Shown here: positions 12,537 through 25,091 of the stretch, piece by piece
Layout of the letters: each line of letters starts with the position of its first letter
How positions within the stretch are numbered: the first letter of the stretch is position 1
Source of the DNA: Psammoneis japonica
Taxonomy: Eukaryota
NCBI GenBank assembly: GCA_008632985.1
Contig: QPGO01000106.1
Span: 62,001 to 126,000, forward strand
Length of the DNA stretch: 64,000 nucleotides
Direction of reading: 5' to 3'
The notes under the pieces: model-generated
Seen by the model: the letters and a program-made list of their open reading frames with translations, nothing else
What the model was told of the DNA's origin: nothing
Database searches by the model: none
Translations under genes and position numbers: made by a program

Positions 12537-15500
12537 TTTGCCTCCCTAATTGCACATTAGAGTCATTTGCAAGTGGATTGTTCGACGGACATCGACAGTG
12601 TCAACAATGTCTCCACTTTCACTGCATTGTGCCATTGGCAATGACTGTTGTTGTTTTGTACAGGCAACATGGGGCCGCTCCAATTTCCGAATGTCTTTTG
12701 AGAGTGACATTGTTTGTTTCTCACTTAATGTGCACATGTGCAGTGTTGCGTCGAGCATTCTCATTGACGTTCTTGTTGACATGAACACAAGGACTAATTG
12801 TCCTGGAGCAAGTGTTTTTCCTGACATCGATTGCACATGGCATCGTGCCCAGTGCTTAATGTGCGCTCTTAATTGTGGCGTTCACTTGCTTGCTTGTGGA
12901 TTTCATGTGGTTTGGCGGGCTTGCTTTGTGTGCCATGTTGCTCTGCTGCACTGCCACGTTTCACAAGCAACAACAAACGATGGTCAAAGACATTGTGACC
13001 ATTTCGTCTTGATGGTCAATCCTGTGATGGTTATGAATTCCATCATGGATTTTTTTTGTACTTCAACCATCTATCAGTTGGATTTTAATCGTCATTTGGA
13101 CGTTTCTTTCTGACATGCCGGTGTCATTTTGTCATTCCGAAGGCACTGGTTTCGTGCACCAAGTGGACAAATGTCCATTTTTCTTTTCTTTTTCTAGATC
13201 TTTGGCACATCTCGTGTGTCGACATGATGCACATTTTAATGTCTTGCCTCGTACATTGTACAATGCAACCGTACGGGTGTTGTGAGATTGTCTTTTGCCA
13301 GTGTGAAGTGGATGCGTATAATGTACACCAATCTGTCACTGTTTTTTCCTAAATCGTCCTTTAAAAAAAGGCGATTTTATCCTTGTGACATGAGCGTTCG
13401 TATGATATGTCGCGTCCGACAATTTGGAGGGAATGTCTTTATCCCGTTTTAACGGTAGGACATTGTCGTAGGATTCAATTTTCTATAGTAAGTCGGCTGA
13501 TCGCGTCTATCGCGACGATGTTCGCCTTGCCCTCGTTGTATTCTAATTTGGGACTGAAGTTGTCAACGTATGACTTTGTCCGTTGTGTCTTATGATCCGT
13601 ATATGTATAAATCTGTTGGCCAAACAGTATATTTCGGAATTTTATAAGTGTTTTCACTATGGACAGAAGTTCTTTTTTCCGTTGTAACGTATAATATTGA
13701 AATCCGTGTATGATAACAATATAGTTTTTGATTTGATACGCTCCATATTTTCGGAGACTTTTCGTTCCGTACTTGTACTTTTGCCGTTTGACCTTTATTG
13801 AGGTGAATTTGGCTAGTATTGTACAGGAGATCGTTGAGACTACATGTCTCGATAATAGTAACGTATGACAACGAGATGTCGTAGTGTTCTTTACGTTTTT
13901 CTCGTGTTGCGATTGCTTGAATCGCCTCCATTTTCTTTGTAATCGATTGCATGTCGTTACGTATGGAAGTCTTGATAGTTTATTTCAAGTTAAATAGTGA
14001 AGGACTTTTGTTGTTAACCTTCTAAGCGACTGTTCTAGTCGTTTGAATGCCGTATTAAGCTGTTACTTGTACAGGTGATATTTTGAAGTTACTTTTGTCA
14101 GGCACAAACGATCACATATAGTCGTTCTGACAACTTCAAACCTGTTATGAGTTCACTCAAGTGTTGTATAAAAATATCTGGGGCTCTATAGATTCTCATT
14201 GGAAGTCCATAGTACTCATTTTCTCCCCACGGCATGATTTTCGTGTGAGCACGACGTGTGCTTTTTTTATTTGACATGGTGGCATTCCATGTTTGAATCA
14301 AATAGATTACATATATGAAACGTTCTTGCTTCAATGGTATTTCCTGAATATTGGGTAAAGGACACACCACCTGTATGAACCTTATACTAAGCTTCTGAGT
14401 GTCGGATGCGGTCGAACTCGACCTGTTTTCTTTAGACAATGAGTCTCAGAGCGACTTGTTCAGAGTAATTTCATTCTTAAGACTTCAATCTTTCATAATA
14501 GGTCAAACTCCTTTTGATTGGACGCCTCCAAAGACCATGATAGGAGAAGGTTCTCACGCGTTGTGGAATCGCGTCAGATTTTCCACGATGAGATCCACTG
14601 ATGCTTCCCACACATTCGTCTGAGGAACTTTTCAAAACGATTTCAACCTCTTAAGAAGAAGATTGAGTTGGTTGTGTTCATTTGGGTTAGATGCATCGCC
14701 GTAGTTGTCACTTGATTAAGATCGATGGCGTGATGATGTGAGTCGAGGACCATTGGTTCCGTCATTAAACTCTATTCACGGCGTCATGTTTTTCAATGTG
14801 ATCGGTTTTCAGCTTGAAAACATCGGCATCGAAGAGTGTATGAACATTCTTCATAAGGTAATTGCTTCTTCCCATTAGATTTCTGCATTTGCGTAGTCCA
14901 ATGTGACTTGCAGGACTGGACATTAAGTCGCGTCCCATGATCATGTCATTTGAACCTGAAGAAAATTTGGTGTTTTCAACATGTGCTGTTTGAATGTCAG
15001 CATGCCTTAAATTTCGCATGGTGAGAACTGAATTCGGTGTTTACTGTCAGTCGTAAAGAGCTCACCCTTGGTTTCCCAAGTTTTTGGTGGCGGATTCTTG
15101 TGTTCTCAACTTTCGCACGAATTTGCGCAAAATTGTGGTTGACGATGTTCCGTTGTCGACAGGAACACGCAGATGCTTTTTTCTCTCCTTTCCCAAGGAA
15201 GTGTTCACATAAATGATGACTCCTGGACTGGTGTGAATCATTTCTGCCTTTTTTCTAGGCTTCCTAACATCCAGCAAAGCAAATGATTCGTGAATGGACC
15301 CAAATTGTTCTTCGGATTCACTCTGGATCATCCGATCAAATTGGCAGTTTTCTTCACTGAGGGTGTCAGAATCTGTTTCTTTGCCCTCACGCTCTTTTTC
15401 TTTGTTCGAGGAACTCGCTTTGAGCATTTTTTGAACCGCCTGATCAACCATGACGTTCATCTCTTTTTTTGCGAGCGGCATTTTCGTCATCGCGACGCGA

Positions 15501-16493
15501 CCGCGTGCGATTGCCATTTGAACGGCGCATTTTTGGGTCTCTTTCAGAGTCACCCTTGCACTCTTTTGCCAGTTCATTTTTAGAATGGCTTCAATCCGTG
15601 ATGTGGGTGTTCTTTTTTCAAAGATGAGACCTTGCACTCACTTTGGATTGTTCTGGCACCATGTGGGAGACCATTTTTGGAACCAAATTTGGAACCTTTT
15701 TTATTTTGGAACCAACTGCGCTGTCAGAGCCTGAGTTGATGTGTTTTTTCGTCACGGACGTCATGAACGACCTTTGGATGACTCAAAACTTAATCAGCTC
15801 ATCAAGGATGAGTTGCAACAGTTGATTGTTTTGGACAGTAGACTGATGCTGCCATCCTTGCGGTGCGAGTGACAGCTGATAAATCAGCGCTCGGTTTCCC
15901 GCTAGATTCGACTTAGAATCCATCTGAGGGTTGCATGGACTCTCATCATTGACCTCTTGGGTCTAACAGAGGCTTTCTTGCTGTCAAGCAGCTCTGGTTT
16001 CTTCAGATCGTCTTGAAAATAACAACTCTGTTTCTGAAGTGCAATTCTTGGAAAGACATGAGACATGAGACTCTTGAGGCACTTTCCAACGGTTCCATCT
16101 TGCTCTTGGACTCGAGGCTCGTTGATTCGGTCTCCAAAAACTCTCCAACAGTCTCTCCTTGCATGCCAGACGCATTTCTCGGACCTGATCGACTCGGAAC
16201 TTGCATTCTCTGCAACCATGACTTGGTGTAGATTTTTTGACAATGCGGTGCACTTGAGAGCCCTTGATCCTTGGGTGCTTGGAATGGACCGCATTAAAGC
16301 GAATCCTCTTGTCTGGCAGACGAAAAACAGCGTTCCATCTTGAGGCACTGCTCGGCTTGAGCTTCTTCCGCTCGGAAATCGATTCCAGCAGAACTGATGC
16401 GATTCGTTCCTGTTTATAGAAGAATTTGCAAAGGCACATTAGTTAAAATTTTCATTTTCCGTGCTTTTTACCTTCTGTGGTGTGCACACACAA

Positions 16494-16860
16494 TGCACTG
16501 TGCTCGAAGAACGAGTGCAAACGAAAGTAGAACAGTGTGCGAAAAGTGGAAATTATGAGATTAAATTTTGCTCTGTGATTTTTGGTTTCTCCGAACGAGT
16601 TCTCAATGGCCCAAAGCTTCTGCACTGCTTCTACAGACAAAAGGCCTTTCGGAGAACACATTCGTGACAACAGATTGTCCGGATGCGATTGCTGTTGACA
16701 CGTGAGATGTCAACATCGTCAATCGATCGCATTTGCAATTCTCGACATCCGATCAACTCTGTGTGATCGTTCTGTCCTTTGCACGCATCCACGACTGTGG
16801 TGCGATTGACACACAAATAACATGTAATCATAAATGTGTGTGTGACAGTCGCGTGCTGCA
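16494..16860 (-). repeat. 5' LTR of the Gypsy element
   Basis: Direct repeat of 12170-12536. Confidence 0.95.
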
Positions 16861-17776
16861 CACAATGCCTCATCAGAAAGGTCATCGGGCCTTGGCTGAG
16901 GTTGATGATTGGACCCAAATGGGAGAGAACCTTGCTCAAGGAAAACACGTGTCCCTTTCAAGAAATGGTGACACCGTGGCGGTTGGTTCAGACACAATGG
17001 TTCATGTTTGTCAGTGGCATGATGCGTCATGGCATCAACTGGGAAATGCCTTTGGAACGAACGCAGTTTCCATGGCAATGTCGAATGATGGGAGGCGGGT
17101 TGCGACAGGCACCAGCTGCGACACGGTCAGAATTTTTGAGTGGACGGGAAGGAAATGGAGAAGGATGGGAGGCAAAATCAAAGGCGTTGGTAAATTTGAT
17201 GATTTTGGGAAATATGTTGGCTTGTCAGAAACTGGCCATCGTGTTGCGATCGGTGCACCATGGGCTTCCGGAGCCAACGATGGCAACCGGGCGGGACAAG
17301 CCAGCGTTTGTGAGTGGAATGGATCTTCGTGGGTTCAACTGGGCGAGTTTGTTGATGGAGAAAGTGACTATGACGAATCTGGAGCACTGTCCATTTCAGC
17401 AGATGGTCACATTGTTGCCATTGGAGCAAGTCGTGCGGATGGAGAGGAAGAAGAAGATGTTGACGTGGGCCACGTCCGTGTTTGTGAATGGGATGGGTCA
17501 GAATGGAAACAAAGAGGAAGGGATGTCGATGGTTTTAAAGCAACAGACGAGAAGTACGGCTTTGATGCAAGCACCGGATTCGGTGACGCTGTGGCCTTGT
17601 CTGGCGACGGTCAACGACTTGCTGTCGGACTTCGAGACCGTCCCCGGCAAAGATGTGATGTTTTGTACGACAGTGTTGGTCAATTCAACGTCTATGAGTG
17701 GGATGGGACCGACTGGCAAAGAACTAGCACAGTTCCATTCCCCGAAATAGAAGAAGACGTTTACTTTGGCACATCT

Positions 17777-18084
17777 AAGACTGGCCACATAAAAAGGTGC
17801 TAACGGAGCTCGAAATAGCTCGAATGGTCGATTTTCAGGTATGGACACCGATCGAAAGCTCTCGTCGAGTTCTTTTTATCCATGTATTCGATGTTTATCA
17901 ATTCCTATTTCCTAATGAATGGAGGCCGGTAAAACATTTCAACGGTCAAAATAATTTGTTATAAAATATATATGTACATTAAGAATAATTATTTATCATA
18001 CGATTGCGTTCTGCGCGCTTTTTCTCAATAAATATTTTGGGAGCTCGAGAGCGCCCGTTAGCACCTTTTTATGTGGCCAGTCTT
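17777..18084. mobile_element. MITE family B, 308 bp, AT-rich and un-eroded
   Basis: ~30-bp TIR AAGACTGGCCACATAAAAAGGTGCTAACGG / CCGTTAGCACCTTTTTATGTGGCCAGTCTT flanked by an ATCT direct repeat. Interrupts the propeller ORF. Confidence 0.92.
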
Positions 18085-18723
18085 ATCTTTGTGTCGACGT
18101 CTTATGACGGGCAGAAAGTTGCAGCTGGGTCTATAGAAAAGGATCGATATGGTGGATCTTATGGACACGTTTTCGTGTACGACGTACGAAATAGAGACGA
18201 AACTCCAATCGGAAGTGTTATTGATGGTGAAGCTCCCAAGGACAACTCATATTACCAATCGCTGTCTGGAAATGGCAATGTACTTGCGGTTGGTGGTGAT
18301 GGATCGGTTCGTGTGTTTACCTTTGGGAGAGAATATGAAGTGTCGAATGAGCCATTTATTGATGTCCTACCATGGAAGAAGGTCAACAATATCAAGGTTG
18401 CCAAGAAGAAGAAAGTAGATGTTGCCATTCTTGGGAGCTTTGCGTTCCACACGCGAGACATTGACGTGAAATCGATTCGTTTTGGTCCTGGTAAAGCTTC
18501 GACAATTCGAGGTCGGCGTTTCAGGGATCCTAATTCCGATGGATACAAGGACATGCTTCTCCAGTTCAATATGACTGAATCTGGTCTTGGACCAACAGAC
18601 AAAGAGGCATGCCTTACTTTCCAGACGTATGCTGGTAAAACATTCAGCCGATGCGATTCCGTTCTGATCTCCGAGTAACATGGCTTTTGTTCAGCACAGT
18701 GCTACATTAACATTAAACACAAT

Positions 18724-20613
18724 CTATTCCATATCTCGCAACAAATCATCCAAATTGTTGGCATAGGACGTACAGAAATGATCACGAACCATGGTGGTGG
18801 TCAACTCGACCATGCGCAACCGTTTCATGGACCCGTCTGCAACAACGGCACCTACGGCAGCCTCGAGTCCCTGTTCTTTACGAATCTCGCGTCCCTCTCC
18901 ACGTTCAAACATGGCCACGACACGACCGGGAACATACAAGTCGTGGTCGTCGTACAAGGAATCTGAATCGTGAATGCTTTGAAACAAATCATTGTATTCA
19001 TCAATTGACATGAGCGTTTCATCATCCAGTCTGGTAATGTCTCGGGCATACCGATAAAACTTTCGAAAACTATTGGGACTCAAGCCTCGCTCATCCAAAC
19101 GACGATTGATTTCCAGTAATCCTTGATTCATGGTCAACAGATTGGATACCGACAAGCGAGGGACCATGTCGGAATTGTTGACAACCGATGTAGTAAATGG
19201 AGCACACGCAACGCACGCTGTGTAATTCAACACGGCCGGAGTCGCAAAGGCAATCACTTCCAAGGGCAACTCACGACGATTTTTGTGGGGATTTTGAAGA
19301 TGTGGAATGCGGGATCGCAACAAGAGTCCCAACAAGCAAGCCGTTCCGGCTCCAAGACTGTGGCCAATACAGACGATACGATATCCCTGCGGAATTACCA
19401 TTTGTTCCAAAAACTGTTGCAAGTCATCCGCCACGACACTGGCAGCTGTAAAGATTCCCTCGTGACATATAATATTGCACGAATCGCCTTGAGCAAACGG
19501 AGCGTCCAGCTCTTGCGGAACAATGGTACCGACAATGTCGGTCAATAAATCGGAAAATGTAGATGTTCCCTTGAGTCCAATCATGCAAATACGGTCCTTG
19601 TGATTCAAGGCAATAAAGTGTCCCACTTGTCCCGGTTCCGTGGCTCGGTCGTGACGAAGCAATTGGTATCCACGCGACGCCAAATTCTCCAACAACTCAT
19701 TGTACTCCGACAGATAGGCCCAATCGGCAAAATCCAGCATGCCTCGGAGATACTCGATTTCACTTCGGGGTAAACTCGGACCACTGCGTTCATACTGCAA
19801 ATCACGATGTCGTGGATGATTTCTTCGAATCTCGGCACTCAAATGAAACATGCTGAAAAAGCATGCATTCAACTTGTACCATGGCAAATCGACACGAATT
19901 TCTTGATTCTTACTCGCCACAAGTGCTTGCAATTCATTGAGTTTCCGTACAATAGCAAAGGGATCCGCCAAATCGTCGTTTCGACGACGGTGTTTGCGCT
20001 TTTTCTTGACAAAGGATACCCAATGAGGAATGTTGTTGTATGTGGAGTAGATAATGTAGACCCACATGAGCATGCGATGATTGATTTTACTGTGCACCCA
20101 AAGCCAACTCCAAATGGACAAGCCAATACTGGAAAAGAGAAACAAAATCACCAAGGCATAAAAGCCATACAACAAAACATAACCCGTCCAGGACGAATCA
20201 TCCTGAACTAGAGGAGGAGCCGTAGCGACATGTGCTGGAGGAATAAAAAAGGCACTCTTGGGAGAAACCGTGATTTTGTCATCTCCAAGTGGCGTTGCAT
20301 TTGTTGAATCGAACGTTTCGTTCGTTTGTGGCGGTAAAGTTGGGGGTGCTGGAAGAGGAGCAGTCGGCAACTGGGACGAAGCGGTATTGCGTTGACTGCT
20401 ACGCGTTTCTCTGGTAGTTTGAGTTGGCGACGCGCTTCTGGCAGTCGCTCTTGTTTCTCGACTGGTTGATTTTTGCGCCACAGTTTTACGAATGCTGTTT
20501 TTGGAGGACGTCTTTTTCTCGCGTTTCTTCTTGCTTGGCGTTGTCTGAAGCGAAGCAGCATCGACCTTGCGCTTATTTTGACGACTACTCTGGCGTGTTT
20601 TTGGAGGAGGCAT
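18724..20613 (-). CDS. Class 3 lipase (diacylglycerol lipase-like) with N-terminal transmembrane segments
   Basis: GLKGTST..DLLTD, CHEGI, IGHSLGAG nucleophile motif, AFATP, VNNSDMVPRL, C-terminal DH. Probable start MPPPKT at 20613. Confidence 0.9.
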   Translation of the reverse strand: MPPPKTRQSSRQNKRKVDAASLQTTPSKKKREKKTSSKNSIRKTVAQKSTSRETRATARSASPTQTTRETRSSQRNTASSQLPTAPLPAPPTLPPQTNETFDSTNATPLGDDKITVSPKSAFFIPPAHVATAPPLVQDDSSWTGYVLLYGFYALVILFLFSSIGLSIWSWLWVHSKINHRMLMWVYIIYSTYNNIPHWVSFVKKKRKHRRRNDDLADPFAIVRKLNELQALVASKNQEIRVDLPWYKLNACFFSMFHLSAEIRRNHPRHRDLQYERSGPSLPRSEIEYLRGMLDFADWAYLSEYNELLENLASRGYQLLRHDRATEPGQVGHFIALNHKDRICMIGLKGTSTFSDLLTDIVGTIVPQELDAPFAQGDSCNIICHEGIFTAASVVADDLQQFLEQMVIPQGYRIVCIGHSLGAGTACLLGLLLRSRIPHLQNPHKNRRELPLEVIAFATPAVLNYTACVACAPFTTSVVNNSDMVPRLSVSNLLTMNQGLLEINRRLDERGLSPNSFRKFYRYARDITRLDDETLMSIDEYNDLFQSIHDSDSLYDDHDLYVPGRVVAMFERGEGREIRKEQGLEAAVGAVVADGSMKRLRMVELTTTMVRDHFCTSYANNLDDLLRDME

Positions 20614-20946
20614 AATTTTCACCGCGATTGTTTTTAAATGAGGCCACGTTGGACTCTCTGAAAAGACTGCTTGAGGCAACAACAGGGCTATAATGCACCA
20701 ACGACGACGATCATAGGACGACGAGTGCGACTGTGATGAGTGCACACATGTGTTTTGGAGAAGGCCCAAGCCCATCATCAAACACGCATCATCGCCAACT
20801 AGTATTCGATCATTAATTTTTATCCGTGCCCGAAGGAAAATCATACTGATGTGTTGGAGGGAGTTCGCACTTGCCGTCCGTCCGCACACCCTTCACCCCG
20901 ATTCTACGAGCATCCTCCGTCCTCCTGATGTCTCGGATCAGCTGTG

Positions 20947-22500
20947 AGTCCAGCCGACGATCTACACAAGGGTGCCGAGTGCAGTGTACCGTCAATGAGA
21001 GGAGAAAGCAACAAGAAGAATGGCGGTGAATGATGATGAGGCCGCTGGCAACAAGGCCAATGAACGTTTCCCCGGCGTGCGTTGAACTGGAGACTTGGTC
21101 CGGAGGAGAGCCGCAGCGATTTCTCTGTCGAGGTTGTTTGTGAGAACGCGGATGATGGAGAAGAAACGAGTGACCCACACCACGTCCATAAGATCATTTT
21201 GGAGTTTGGGGAGAAAAGCAGCGGATGTTTTGAAGGTCTCTTTGCAAGCGCTGCTGCGGAAGCGCCAAGCAACAAGGTCCAAGATTCGATTTCATCCTTT
21301 GGCAGCCAAGGCCTTTTCCCTGCTCCTGGATCACATCCACAATTTAGATGAACCTGAGTTGATGCCCAGAAACTCCACTGCACACTGTCATCTGGCAGAC
21401 TGTCTTGAAGTTGACAGTCTCTGGTCAAAAGCGCTTGAGTTCTGGGAGCGGATCCACTTGTGGCCGACGTCGAAGATTTGGCAACATGCTGTGACAACAT
21501 TGAACATCTTCCCACTGACTCTCCTTTGTTGGAAGGCTGGGACATGCAGTTCTGGGTCAACGTTCAATCCCACATGAAGAAAAGCACTGTTGGGGCTCAT
21601 CGTTGCCATCACTCATTGATTGCCGAGCTCTGCATGAGACACAAGAATGAACTGGACACTGAGACATTCTCAAAACTGGTTGAATCTGTTGGCAGTTGCT
21701 TGTGGCTGCAGTTTCATGCTTCCCTGAAGTTGCTCAAGGTCAAAAAGGCTGTCTTGCCAGTGGCAGTGATGGGACAGTCCCATCAACCAGACTGCATGAA
21801 TGCTGCATCAAGTCCTTGGCTCTGAAATGGAAACGTTTGATGGACTCAGCTGCCGCGCAAGAATCTCTCAAGAATCTGAGCCCACTTCTCCTCTCAGAAG
21901 TCCTGAAAGCATCACTCCCCCCTCACAGGAGCTGGAATTTCTTCTGTCAATGGCGTTTGTGTGTGCGCTGATGTCTTCTGTGAGAATGATCCCACACATT
22001 GCATGGATGGTGAATGGAATCATGTTTGAACAAAATTTGCGATTGCCGAGTTTTCTGGGGGTCATGCGCACAATGGATGTGATGACTGGTGTGTTGCAAT
22101 TGTCAAAAATGAAGAAGACTTTGATGAAACTGACTTCTGCCAAGCTTCCCCATTCATCATTGAAGCTGTTTCTGGGGTTCCCTGGAAAACCGGCTGGCAT
22201 GCAGTTGGGAATGGGATTGATCCAGCTCCAACTCTTTCCCTCAATTTTGAGGGGAACAATGAAAATTGAGCTTTTTCCATTGGATTGTTCCAAGTCACTT
22301 GTTTCACCACCATCTCATTGGGAAATGAATGGCAAAGTTTCTCTTTTTGGGAATGACCAAGGGAAGTGCGCGCAACAATCTGTTTGTTTGGTTTGACACT
22401 TTAAACCAGTCCACTCAGCAGGAGTCCATGATGGGGAGTTTGACTCTCTTGTTCACTGGATTAGAAGCACTCTCTAGAACACACAGACTCCAAAGAAAAA
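20947..22500 (+). pseudogene. Hypermutated inverted duplicate of the BTB gene at 28285-29670, including flanks
   Basis: Collinear homology (LNWRL.PEESRSDFS.EVVCEN, HVHKIILEFGEKSSG, FHPLAAKAF) with frameshifts and Tyr->Cys/His changes. Confidence 0.92.
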
Positions 22501-23860
22501 ATCTCACCAGATTGTGTGGTGTTGGTTGTGAGCAATTGTTTGATGGATTGTGCTTGTTTGGTTGTTCAACACCATGCCGCAGCAGCAGAGCTTTTGCCAG
22601 CTAGAGAGTTTCTGACACAGCTGCTCCCACATCACTCGCGCCATGCTCATTGTGTCACCTCTCATCTTGAACTTCATTCTGACCAAGCTCACACTCATGA
22701 ACATTCTCCTGTGCTTCTTCTGATGCAACAACTGTCTTTGGTGGCTTGCCCTGCTGGCAGAGTGTTTTGCATGCAGTTGTCAACAGCTGGTCTGTGAGGG
22801 ATCACATGCACTGTCAAACACATCTGCGCTCATTGCAACACACAGAAAGGCATGATCAAAGCAGCCTGCAATGGCAAACAAGTGTTGAACAAAACATTCT
22901 GCTCAAGTGACCATGTCCTGCCAAGATCCAATGACTTCAACCTTCTGAGAACATCAGAAAACAAGTTGGAGAAAAGCAATCTCAAGCGGAAATCAGATGG
23001 GTCAAAGGCCATCAGCCAAGACAGCAAACTGGCCGAAACAAAAACCGGGCAGGTGAGCAAGACCAAACATTCAAATGGATGACTTGGTGAAAGCCAAATG
23101 GCAACAAGGAGTTGCCAGGTTGGCTCCTGCTCGATGGCAGTTCTCCAGCACAGAAGATGAAATGTGCGTGGCACGTGTGGGGGTGAGTGCAAAATCTCCA
23201 CCAAACTTCTTTCAGAGCACCTTCTCAAGAACCACACCTGCAGCACCAAACTGGCCCACCATTGGGTGCACCAAAAGCAATGATTCTCATGTGATGGCTT
23301 CCACAAAGTGGGCTGAGAAGTGACAGACAAGGCGGTGGATCAACCAGGACCTGAGCAACACAGGTGGCTTGCCAAGCATGTGACAGGCATCTGCAGAGAG
23401 TGGGCGGGTGGCTCCAACACCACGGGAGACACAGGACCATTCACACTGCCCACACTGCAAGGAGGATGATGAGGATGCTCACCATGCACTGGTGTGCCCT
23501 GAAGCTGCCAGCCACAAAACAAACTGCTGCGCAAATGGGTCTCAGCAAGGCTGCCAGTCACGGAACCAACGACCACTGAGGTGACGATTTCCCATCTCAG
23601 CATCCACCACAGAGGATGAGACAAGCACACCTGAGGACTCTGCCTCCAACTCAAAACAGCTGTGCCAGATTTCAGGTTTTGGACAACCAAAGGCTTTGCT
23701 CGGCAGTGCAGCATCATCCCATGCGAGGGCCCCGCCACGGCAGGCGGACAACTGATGGCGATGCTCCTCGACTCCATGTTGAGTTTGCCTTGTTCAAACA
23801 AATTTCCCTTTTCGGCGCCGGTCTGGAGCATCCTCTCCGGAGTCTTGCACCCAGCCGGCT
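22500..23860. other. TpA-depleted block of unidentified origin
   Basis: Composition only; no recognisable motif. Confidence 0.6.
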
Positions 23861-24027
23861 AAAAGCCCGTAGAGGGCGCAGGCACTTACTAATGATCGTT
23901 GAGTTGATTGATTGTAGTTGGCGTCGTCAGAGAGCACCCAGTTCTACAGCACTTACTTTCATACACACACACACTAATTCTTTTTTCCATGCTACTACAA
24001 AAAGTAATCTCCTACTTAAACTTCTTA

Positions 24028-24755
24028 TTATGACGACTCTTCCTTCTTCTCTTCCTTTTTATCAAAGACACCAAAAATGCCTTCATCTTCTTGCAATTCC
24101 TTTTGTTTTTGTAAATTTTCTTGTCTCAGTAATTCTTGTTCCTCCATGTACTCCTCCGAAAACCACGGCGCCGTCCCCGCCTCGTCCTTGTCGACACCCA
24201 ATCTTTTGGCTTGCCATTGTCCCAAGACACTGGCGGGTGAAATGGGAGACCATCCCCTCACGGTGCCTTGCAGATAGTAATAATCATCAATGGTTCCCGC
24301 CCATATTTTCTTTCCAAACCAACCACCCCACGAATCCTTGGAAATGCAAAAAAATTGCGAGGCGACATCGACACTCCACTTGCCCTCTCTTCGCTCATCA
24401 CCCCACACCGCCACGTTTTGACCGCGTTCATTCACCAACAAACGAACCCATGTTTCTTTAATTTGATTCGGAGACGAATCCCAATTGGTACCAATCAGCC
24501 ATTCACTGCCAATAAAGTCTTGTTCCGTCAATTCATCCATTTCTTCATATTCCCATTCATCATCGTCTTTATCTGTAGCAGTTTCTGTAGAAGTTGCAAC
24601 GCTATTTTCCTCCGTGGTGCTAAACAGACGTGATGACGGATAAGCATCGGCTGCTACTGCGGCATGCGGCAATTGTTGTTGTTGTTGTTGTTGAGACCCA
24701 AGCATTCGTTGCAACAACAACACAAGAGCAACAACAAGGATACAATTCTCATCAT
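24028..24755 (-). CDS. Hypothetical protein, probably plastid-targeted; 5' end frame uncertain
   Basis: Trp-rich globular core (EWLIGTNW..ETWVRL..GKWSVD..WGGWFGKKIWAG..LQGTVRGWSP). Signal/transit-like N-terminus is spread over several frames. Confidence 0.7.
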
Positions 24756-25091
24756 GAATGACATGATTATTGTAATAAAAATCAACGACAAGGTGCTTTA
24801 TGTGTTGTTTTCTCACAATAACATGGTCGCATGCATGTTTTGCTCTTCTGTGTCGTGTGCTTCAACGTGGCGGGAAAAAAGAGGTCATGAGTTGTCCTAC
24901 GTGAAGTTGTGGTAGGTTTCTACTTACGTGCTTGTACATGGAGATTGAGTCGAACTAATCACAGTCTCGTCACGATCGCGCACACATCAACACAACGAGT
25001 CGCGGACAACATGACAACAACAAGCGCAGCAGAGAAAGACACCGCAATGAACTTCTGTTGGTTGTCCAATCACAATCAACTACCTATAACC

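Larger units (their letters stand above)
12170..16860 (-). mobile_element. Decayed Ty3/Gypsy LTR retrotransposon
   Basis: Two 367-bp TG...CA LTRs, 4-bp CACA target duplication, polypurine tract next to 12537. Remnants of protease (VDNGTSSTTI, DMIMGRDLM), RT (PLPNIQE, MPWGENEYYGLPM..APDIF) and RNase H (FRNILFG..YTDHK, EYNEGKANIVAIDAISRL). Confidence 0.92.
11999..18678 (+). pseudogene. Secreted beta-propeller (FG-GAP-like WxQxG repeat) protein gene disrupted by a Gypsy element and a MITE
   Basis: MLFFKDRKLLLGVVLS...KTELT joins in frame to MPHQKGHRAL...WTQMG once 12170-16860 and one CACA are removed. Repeats resemble FGxxVxLSxxGxRVAIGA / VxEWxGxxWxQxG. Continues after 18084 to the stop at 18678. 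Confidence 0.8.
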
